A DNA stretch of 59,767 nt, the filler included, from Bipalium vagum (Eukaryota), in assembly GCA_037834085.1 (NCBI GenBank). It is 3 parts of 3 records of this genome, joined end to end, with 100 filler letters (N's around TTAATTAATTAA, not from the genome) between each part and the next. Parts side by side here need not be neighbours in the genome. Positions count along the whole stretch, not along the records: positions 42,476 to 59,767 come from JBBMKC010072451.1; 2 more parts are not named here. One strand, written 5' to 3'. This document shows positions 50,901 through 59,767 of the stretch, piece after piece; position 1 is the stretch's first letter, and every line of letters starts with the position of its first letter. Below the pieces are notes generated by a model. The model did no database searches and was not told where the DNA came from. It saw only the letters and a list, made by a program, of their open reading frames with translations. The position numbers were made by a program, and so were the translations under genes.

Positions 50901-53900
50901 TAAGCCTAAATCGAGCAGGCATCGGTCAATGAGTCTTGAACTGATAAAAGATGCAGTTGCATCTAATCAACAAAAAGTACAATACAATTATCACAGGAAC
51001 TAAATATTACTGCTACAAGTGTGTTTCTTGATCTAAAAATGGTTGGAGCACGCTATCAGAATCGTCTACAAATACCTCACGATTTAAAACCTGAACAATA
51101 ATAAACAATGGAGTCTGTGTAGTGAACCACTGGTCCCTGTCGTTAAGCAGTCAAGGTTAAAAAAAGTTCTGATTTCTGTATTCTGGAATTATTCAAGACG
51201 GTCATCAGATAACCTCTGAAGTTTATTGTCAACAGTTAGATCGTATTCACGAATTGATGCAACAACGTTATCAACAATTAATCGACAGAAAATGTTTCCT
51301 CTTGCGACAGAATAATTTAAGGCCACACATAGCTAAAAAAATGGTAAAAATAGATGAACTTGTTGAATTTGAACTAATTTTTCATCAAGCATACAGACCA
51401 GATCTAGCACCAACTGATTACCATTTCTTTCGCTCTATGGGACATTATCTGGTAGGAAGGTATTTTATAAATGAAAACTTTAAACGAGGGTGCCAACAGT
51501 TCTTTGATTTAAAAAACCAAGAGTGGTATACAGCGGGCATAAAATTACTTGTCGAAAAAGTGGGTTGAGCATAATGGAGCATATTTTCGTGACTAAAATT
51601 TGCGTTTTCAGCTTTATTATTGAACTTTTAATATTGTTTCTCATACTAGGTTGTCCGGATAGTCTTTGTGCATAATTATTTACTAATTTTACAATAATAT
51701 TTTAAAGTTAATTACATTTTGTTTTGTTAGTTATATTATTTTAAAGTGCGATTTCCATATAACGTAATATTATTTAAAAATTTAGAGACATAAATTTTTT
51801 AAAAAGATAGATCTAGCCTGAAATGAATGAAGATAAAAGAGTAATTCGTGTACTATTGCACCATTATTGGAAAAAAAGGGGCAAGTGCTAGGCTTTTACT
51901 TAATCATCATGATAACGCTCCTACATACCGCTAAACAGAAATTGAAGGAATTATGGGAAATAGAAGTTTTACCGAATCTTAATTACAGTTCGGATATCGT
52001 ACCACCAGATTACGGCTTATGGCTGCTTTCTTACGTGGTCGGTAATTCAATAAATTTAACGAGATACAATCTGCATGCCAGGAATTCTTTACTTCTAAAT
52101 CGAAGTAATGGTATCGGCGACAAATTGAATTGCTTGCAGAAAGGTGAAAGGCTGTCATAGAAAATGATGGTTTGTATTTTGAAGAATGATGCCATTTTGT
52201 TTTTGTTAAATAAATGTTGACTTTATGTAGACAACCTGGTAAAATTAAAATGATAGATTATCTTTGGAGCAGCCTAATATTTGTGAATTGTAATAATACT
52301 GATAATATGACTGTAACTAATAATTATTATTTATTATTATTACAATTATTATTATCCTTATTTTTATTATAATTATAATTACTATTATTACAAAGTGCAG
52401 TTTTTTATTTAAAATTGTCTTTTCTTAAAAGGTTTTATTCAACTATATTCAGTTTCCTATTGATTTAGGCAGCTTATTGCGTTTTGTTTCATTCGGATAC
52501 TTATCAGGCCCAACAAACCCAGCCAATGACGTTGCAGTGGACTGTCTTTCTTCAGAATGTGTATTTCTGATACTAAAACTGTGCCTACACACAAAAACTA
52601 AAGATTCCTACAAAAAATCTTTCATTGCTCTCTTTGATTCTACGCTGTGCAAAGGTTTTCCTATAATTGTAACGCTATAGAATAAGTTAATTTTTCCAAT
52701 CAGAGAAACAGTCGTCAGAAAAATGTGACCAATCTTCCGACTCCACATTAGAAATGTCATTTGGGAATTTGTTGCAAGCCTTGTGTTCCAATTTTGTTGA
52801 AGAACATTTTGTTTTGCTGTTTTACTTATTGATTCACATTAACATCAATTTCCGACAGCACGTTCTGTCAAGAGAACATTTCAAAGACATTGTAACGTTT
52901 TTTGCTAGTTTTCATTTTCCAATGATTTTGACTTTTTGTATTTTTTCCCTTTTGCAACATTTCAGATTTTGCCCTTAATCAAACTGGTCTACAATTATCA
53001 ATCTGATGATTCCAATTCCGTTTACATGGCGCTGATAATTTTATTGATTATGACGGAAAACAGTTATTTCAATTCTTCTATTCACCGGGAAACTGTTGAT
53101 TATGTCAGTTGGATCCGAGAAAAAACCATAACCAATATCAGTTTGGGTAGCATCATTGTTTGGATTTTGTGTCGAGTGATCCAGTTCAATTTTGGATACG
53201 TTGGAGTAATTTTGTCCTCACTGAGTTTTCTTACAGATATATAACAATTTCGATTTTAGGATCGATATATCCACATAAATTGTCTGGCTGCATTGGCGAA
53301 CATGTCTTCGAAATTTATCAATCTTCACCCGGTTGCCAGTGAACAGTTGATGGTGTAAGTGACTTGTTATTGTCTTTTTATTATTTACATATTGTACATT
53401 ATGATATCTTGAGTGAATAAGTATGTGACAGGTTTGTACATCTTATACTTGTACATTTCGGAAATTCGACCAAAAATCAAATATGATCTCTCTTCGAGAA
53501 CATGATTAAAAATCAAATTTGACAAAAACAGTTTTTCTCGATTTTAAAGTTGGTCGCTGATTGGATTATACTTTCGATAAATGAAACTCCATCGTGATAA
53601 TAATAGTAGTAATAAATAACAATGAAGTGTAGTTTTTATATCGATATTGATAATCAAAGGTCCGTAATGACGAATTAAAGGTCCCAGTTGAGGTTAACCA
53701 TTTTCAGAGTGCCTATGAATTGTCGGTAAACTTTGGTGTCAGCAAACAATGTTAAGTAATTTAGTTCAAATTGGAAAGGTGAAAAAGTCTGATAAATGGA
53801 TTCAAGATGAACTCCATTAAAAACAGAAAAAAGGGTTTACAAGCTTTCTCGACAAAAATCTGATCAATTTTTTAATCCAATTATCATTTGTGACGAAGAA

Positions 53901-55136
53901 TGGATAATACATGACAACCTTCAGCACAATGGTTTGACAAAGATGAACCAGCGAAGCACGACCAAAATCGTAATATTCATCAAAAGAAGCTATTAGTCAG
54001 TGTTTGTGTGACTCTTAGTGTATGTGTGACTCTATGAATTCATGAAACCGGGCTTCACGATCACGTCATTAATATACTCTAACCAACCTGACAAAATGAT
54101 GTAAAAAAGAAAACAGAAATTATTAAAGAGTTATGAAAAGTATAAAAGGAGCGCAAAAAGAGTACATAGACAGACATTAAAATCAATTCGACGCTAATTT
54201 TTAAAAATTTTTCTCAGAATATTGTCTGATCTGAAATTAGTGGCCATATGGTTTTTAATCGGTTGGAATATATCAAAATCTATTTCTCAATTGACATATT
54301 GTTATTGATTTTTTACTGTTAAATTGTCTGTTCTTTTTATTTACCATTCTCTCATTATATGTATATATCTCGAGAATAATTTTTTATTATTGATTTATTC
54401 GTGCCTAGTCTCCTGAGTCTTTTGGTCAAACGAAAGGAACTATTATCAAAAAAGTTGAAAACTGTCGATGAGAATGAAGACAGTGAAAATTTATCCAATC
54501 TTGTAAGCTTTTTTTATTATCGACTGTTTCTTAATATTGTTCACTAATTTGTCAAAGGCCAACAATTTTTCCATTATCGAGGAGATTCTGCAAATGTTTG
54601 TGGAAATAATAAATACGGCTTTGATATTTAGTCTGAACAACAACCCCCACATGATACACACGTTTTTATATCACCGAAAGATCTTTTCAACTCTCAAGGA
54701 CAGTCCTGTTACCCAAGTAATCTCTTTGTCTCAGTAATTTTCTTGCTGTATTTTACTTGTTCTTTTTCCCCATCCCGAACCGAACAGAATCACGCTGGCA
54801 ATATCGATGCGATTCTGACTTATTTTTCTTCTAAAATCGACAGCGAGCTGGGAAAATCGGCCTCTTCTCAAAGCGAGGTTCTAAAAGTCATCAAGAAATA
54901 TTCTCCTGCCATAAACAAGTTGAACAATTTCAAAGTGATGAGGATTTTCAATATTTATTTTTAATCAATCATCAATTTTGTTGTTGTAGAGATTTCCAGA
55001 ATTGAAATTTAAATACATTGAACAGGAGTCGGCAGACGAATTCTTCATTCCATACATTTGGAAATTGTTGTGCAAGAAATCTCTCATATATTTCAAGAAC
55101 GGAAATGCCGGTTTTCCTACCAGTTCTCAGTGCTAA
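44909..55136 (+). CDS. DYM: dymeclin (Golgi-associated, DYM/HID1 family), 14 exons, about 654 aa
   Basis: Exons 44909-45048, 45091-45249 (donor slightly uncertain), 45340-45443, 45491-45557, 47544-47660, 48714-48835, 52469-52654, 52704-52891, 52966-53205, 53260-53354, 54409-54502, 54558-54716, 54788-54934, 54990-55136 are GT-AG and phase-consistent, summing to 1965 nt. Motifs: MG..(myristoylation-type Gly2)..[78 protein letters not shown]. Confidence 0.96.
50668..52277 (+). mobile_element. mariner (DD34D), internally deleted, in DYM intron 6
   Basis: TIRs ttgggttgttccataagtaatctaccatttt / aaaatgatagattatctttggagcagcctaa, TA on both sides; [24 protein letters not shown] and [17 protein letters not shown]. 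Confidence 0.88.
51646..52239 (+). mobile_element. deleted mariner of a second family, nested in the 50668-52277 element
   Basis: Ends ctaggttgtc / gacaacctgg, each flanked by TA; HHDNAPT and [12 protein letters not shown] motifs. Confidence 0.78.
53428..54110 (+). mobile_element. mariner 5'/central remnant in DYM intron 10
   Basis: [14 protein letters not shown] (WVPHEL), [21 protein letters not shown] and [10 protein letters not shown]. Confidence 0.8.
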
Positions 55137-58100
55137 CAATTTCCACTTCTCGTGTTGTACAGACGTCCATGAAAAAAAATGTTTTCCAAATCGTCAAAAA
55201 GGTTTCGGCTTTGTTTTCAATGTCTTTGATTTATAAATATAAATAATATTTTTTAAATTATTTTAGAATTGAAAATCTTGATATTTTTCCTATTTTGATT
55301 ATCGAAACCAATTTTTTTGTTGAAAGAGTTTAAGATATATGCGAGTCTTTACTATTTATAGGAAATTTCTTTTCATTGAATTATACTATAAGATATATAA
55401 ATTATACTTACAAGGTGAGTAATCAGACTGGGAAATTTTTAATTTTAAGATCATATTTGTTAAAAGAATGTTGACAATATTAAGTAAGCTCAAATCTAAC
55501 TATTACTTTTAATTAGTGTAACAAATCAGTCTGACCATCAATAATCTATTGAAATAGACACAATAAGTCAATTTTGATTTTACACTTTAATCCAATGAAT
55601 ATCATTAAATCAGATAAGTTAAGATATAATTAAATGATTCAGAGAGAAAAGAACTTAAGTAAAATTATGTTAATGAAATATTCAATTATTAAAACATCCA
55701 AATTTGACCAATTGCAATTTGTTCAACTATATTTAAAGTTTTGTATAAAAAAATGTATAGATGTGTGACATAATATAATGCACGTACATTAAATGTATAA
55801 CAAATATTTTTTAAAAAATTTCCCTAACTCACAGTTGGCTATAATAATATAGTAAGTATAATCACAACAGAATTCATGTTGAGTTATTGATTAATTTGGG
55901 ATATCTGCTATTGATGTTAATAAGATGAACAAACTTTGATAAAGTTAAGACAAGATTGATGCCAACGGTAATAAAAATGTGGATTTTGCTTGATGATCTC
56001 AACACAATAAAGGAATTCGAAATATCGATAAAATTAATAAATTTTGTCAGTGGATGCTATTCATTTTAAATAAAAACATGTATGCAATGTTGAACACCAA
56101 AATAATTTTTTTTAGCATAACATTTTAATTAATTAATATAAAATTCCTTAAATCTGCGAAATTTTTATAAAATAAAAAATAAATAATACTCAAAAATAAT
56201 AATAAGTAATATAGTGGTAATAGTAGGTTTTATTCATTATAGGTGTTGACATGCGTACTTGTTTAAGTTTATTATCTTAACTTTTTAAACTGAAAAAAGA
56301 TTTTAAAGTTCAAAGTATCAATTTCGAAATAATAAGAATAATATTTTTATCCTAATTTTATATCAAATTAATTTAGAATATTTCATCAATGAACGAATTA
56401 AAAACGTGTCTTAATGAACACAAATATTATCCAAAAATATATTAAGAAAGTATGATAAAAATGCAATGGTTGTCATAAAAATTTGCACTTAAATAAAGGA
56501 AAAGGTTTATAGTATTTTTGTTCTCGCCAAAAATTGAAAGACAAATATTCAAGACACAAAAATGAAATGTTCCAAAATAGTAATGCTAGGTTAATAAAAG
56601 AATATATCACATTTATAATGAAAATCAATGACATTCACAAATGTTCATGCAAAATTTAAAAATAGGAAATTGTTTTTAGAAAGTGGTTGGTAAAACATTG
56701 AGTGACATATTTTGTAGCTATATTGCTGTAAATAATTATTTCAACCTCCAGAAAAGGTCGTGTTAAATATTTATTAATAATAAGGTTTCAGACATATATT
56801 TTCAGATATTATAAAAAATAATGATCAATTCGGCTTCATTACAATATAAAAATAGATCTACCGAGATTACGAAATGCTCACAAAAAATATAAAATCAACA
56901 AAGTAATATATTTAAAAGTTCGTGATTGTCACTATTTGCTGCAGTCTGGTTTACTTTGTGTAATCCCCATCCTGAATTGTACGGATTGGAAATGAGGATA
57001 ATGACAAAACAATATTCATTCCACTTCAATTTTCACAAAACCAAGGTATTTTTCACTTGCAGTCAACATTATTCCTCCGGATTTTTCCTCTTCGATTATG
57101 AAAACGACCAAGCAATGATTGCCAGATTTTTACTTTCAATAAAAGGTGAAAATAAGAAAGCTTACCATACAAATCGTAGGAAGTTGATATTATTTCATTC
57201 AGGGAGGGGTTGCAAAAATACGATAAATAACTTGATTAACCTGAATAAGTCTGTTGTAATTAGATTGTTAGCGTACAACCAACCTACTTTTCCAAAAATA
57301 TATTACTATACAAAACATTAATGAACACATTCATCTAATATTGGTTAATCTTTCATTTTTTATTATTGCAACACAAAATACCATTGATCTAAATAAAAAA
57401 ATAATAAACGCTTTAAACATTATCTTAAAATAAATAATTACAAAAATATAAAATTATAAAAACCTTAAACATTATTTTTATTTTAAAAGGAATAATTTTC
57501 AATGATAATTATAAAATTAAGAAGATTCATTTTGAGGTATTCCTATTATTCAATGAATTATTTTATTAATGAGTTGTCAAAACCAAAATTAACCGATGAT
57601 CAATAATAACAATAACGATAATAATAAATTAAAATTAAAATTTCTGTCTATTAAGAAGTTATAACCATAATCAGAACGTTAGAAATATTTTACCTTAACA
57701 ATAATCATATAAATTACAATATTAAAGAAAAAAGCTACTTACAATGAAAACATTATTACTAAAAAATTCATGATGACTGACAAATCAATAAAGAAAAAAT
57801 CCCTTCCAAAAAAGGAAGTCAGCTAACCAACCAACTGGATTCGAGACATCACAAATTTTTTCTTCAAATAAAAATAAATTTCAATAAAAAAATACACAAA
57901 ACTTAATACTTTTACACAATACTTCGTAAGGAAATCCTCTTAGGGAGGATCAAATCAAAAATTGAAAATAAAAATGCTATTCAGTACTTTTTTGTTGAAC
58001 TAAAATTATTTAAAAAAAATACTAAAAAGTAGCTTTGCAAAAGAAGTGTGAAGACTTTCATGAATTCAACCAAAAACAATTCCAAAAAAGGATGTCCCAC

Positions 58101-58589
58101 CAAAATCAATCCAGCTGAAAGATTAGTGGTTCCAAACATTTAGACATTATACTATGTGATCCTTTTTTGATATTAAATAGAATTTTTGTTTTTATTTCAT
58201 TATCTTATGTAAGTCGTCTTCGATGGAATAGATTAAATTAAGAAATTGTATGTATATAAATTAAATAATTATAAACTGAAATAATTATAGGGTAAATAAG
58301 AATTCTAACTTCTAAAACATTATCTTTTTATTCAAAATACACTTTATAAACTTAAATCGTTATTTTGGTAATTTTTAAATAAAAGCAAAATTCGCAGTTA
58401 AGCCCTAAGCACACAGCTCCACATAGTTTTACACATTTTAAGGAACTTAACAAAAAAGTGATTGCAGAAATAATATTATTTTATTAAAGGAATTAAAGGT
58501 CGTCATGCCAAACCGTTTCGATGACTGATAAATTAAAACCAAATACATGAAATATCCATTTTATTCATTAATATTTTACATTATATAAC

Positions 58590-59330
58590 ATATTTAGTTT
58601 TCAACTATTTTTTTCCTAACCCAATTATGGTTTTCATGTTTGTTTTCTAACCCATCACAACTAATCCAACCAATGTTTTCTTCCCAGTCCAAAAAATATT
58701 TTAAAAATAAACCAACTCAATATAAAGAACAATTACTTTTTTTGAATATGGAACAGAAAGATCTCCTCTTAATTAATAGTAGTGTGTACAAAAATGACAC
58801 TTAAATTGTGCCTCCAAGTTCATTCGGCCAGGTAAGACTCCAGTATCGTTCCACATATTCTCCTCAAACATTTTGTCTTGCTTTTTAAAGTTCTCCAGTT
58901 ATTTAATTCGCTGGGTATTTTCACCGGTCTCTTTGTTCACAAAATTATGTTTGTGATTGACTGTGCGATGAGTAAAATATTTATCCTTAGCCAATTGCCA
59001 ATAAGCTTTCCACTCATCACTCATTATACATGATCCTTTTTAAACCACAGTTCTTATTTTTTGAATATGGTACAAAAATATTTCCTCCTAATTGAATAGT
59101 TGAGCATGTAATAATGTAATATAACATTTACACAACGCCAGGAAATTCCATTACTTCATGTCTTTTCCACATGAATCACAATCATCTTTTTTTCCAGACC
59201 GATTGATGACAAGATTTTTTAACCCTTTAGATTTGATCAAGTATTTTATGTAACCAAAGTGGGTTGTAAACTGTTTCATCTGTTTGTAAATATTTTTTGA
59301 AAAATCATAAATGTTTATATTTGTCGTATT
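58590..59330 (-). mobile_element. Merlin (IS1595/ISXO2-like) transposon remnants, rearranged
   Basis: GSCIMSDEWKAYWQL...HRTVNHKHNFVNKETGENTQRI and YLAE*TWR (Merlin DDE motifs); N-terminal CDSCG..WRC and SIRR; a frameshifted IIGLG/KIVE piece lies downstream. Confidence 0.85.
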
Positions 59331-59447
59331 AAATTCTATTTTAAAACTATATTGATATATTTTATGTTGAGAACAAAGTTTCTCAGATTTTTCCAGAATT
59401 AGAAAAAGATTTTTAAATATATTTGTTTATCTCAAAATATTATATCA

Positions 59448-59580
59448 GTGTGGAGACTACGACAACCGACAACAAGTGCAGTCCCACAACCAACAACAAC
59501 AGAACCAGCAGGACCAACAACAAATGCATTCCCGATCAATTCAGACACCCAGCAGATTTAATTCATCAAAAAACTTTATA
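59448..59580 (+). repeat. imperfect CAA/ACA-rich tandem repeat, possibly a low-complexity exon
   Basis: Units of about 21-24 nt (caaccgacaacaagtgcagtc / caaccaacaacaacagaac / ggaccaacaacaaatgcattc); reads Q-rich, PTT-rich or TN-rich depending on frame; preceded by tatcAG. Confidence 0.4.
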
Positions 59581-59623
59581 ACATCGTATTATATTATTAT
59601 ATTATTATTATTATATTATCGTA

Positions 59624-59767
59624 TTAGGTTGTCTAATAAATTCGTGCCGTTTTTAAATGCAAAATTTTTCTTTTTATAACATATGTACACTACATAAAAA
59701 TCAATCAGTTATGTATTCGCCTTTATTGTTAATGACTGTTTCCCATCGTTTAGGTAACTTTTCAATT
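59624..59767 (+). mobile_element. mariner terminus extending beyond the window
   Basis: TA followed by TTAGGTTGTCTAATAAATTCGTGCCGTTTTT, a mariner TIR pattern. Confidence 0.65.

Noticed and set aside
55949-55993. EF-hand-like DKIDANGNKNVDFA
   Set aside because: Stop at loop position 12 and stops immediately upstream; too short to support.
56926-57321. 131-aa plus-strand ORF
   Set aside because: TTG start, no recognisable motif, and better splice signals on the opposite strand.
58500-58532. Half-hammerhead-like motif (agtcatc-GAAAC-ggtt on the minus strand)
   Set aside because: The CUGANGA core and the 5' arm of stem II are absent.
1-59767. CRISPR arrays, tRNA/rRNA genes, prokaryotic operons or defence systems
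   Set aside because: No repeat-spacer periodicity or RNA-gene motifs were seen, and the gene architecture is spliceosomal.

Overview
Very AT-rich eukaryotic, almost certainly animal, genomic DNA. It is split into three blocks by two artificial 100-nt spacers (44N-TTAATTAATTAA-44N at 16471-16570 and 42376-42475), so the blocks need not be true neighbours. Two conserved intron-rich genes were rebuilt by hand under the standard code. One is a complete 14-exon dymeclin (DYM, + strand, 44909-55136, about 654 aa). The other is the 5' half of DNAAF9/C20orf194/Shulin (- strand, 29694 to 17694), which suggests the organism has motile cilia. Most introns are 42-90 nt, and the kb-sized ones mostly hold transposon debris. 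The rest is decayed mobile elements: mariner DD34D, Tc1/Tc3, maT DD37D, DD37E, rosa DD41D, pogo, Merlin, hAT, Penelope-like (with a minimal hammerhead ribozyme), R2-group, RTE and Jockey LINEs, and LTR-like units. The best new candidates are a possible RFamide neuropeptide precursor whose last exon ends KR-(31 aa)-G-stop with C-terminal SELRF (33990-36289, -), two diverged LTR-like units that both keep a hairpin array, and a micro-exon chain with an in-frame TGA. All homology calls come from motif recognition and recalled reference sequences; no database search was run.
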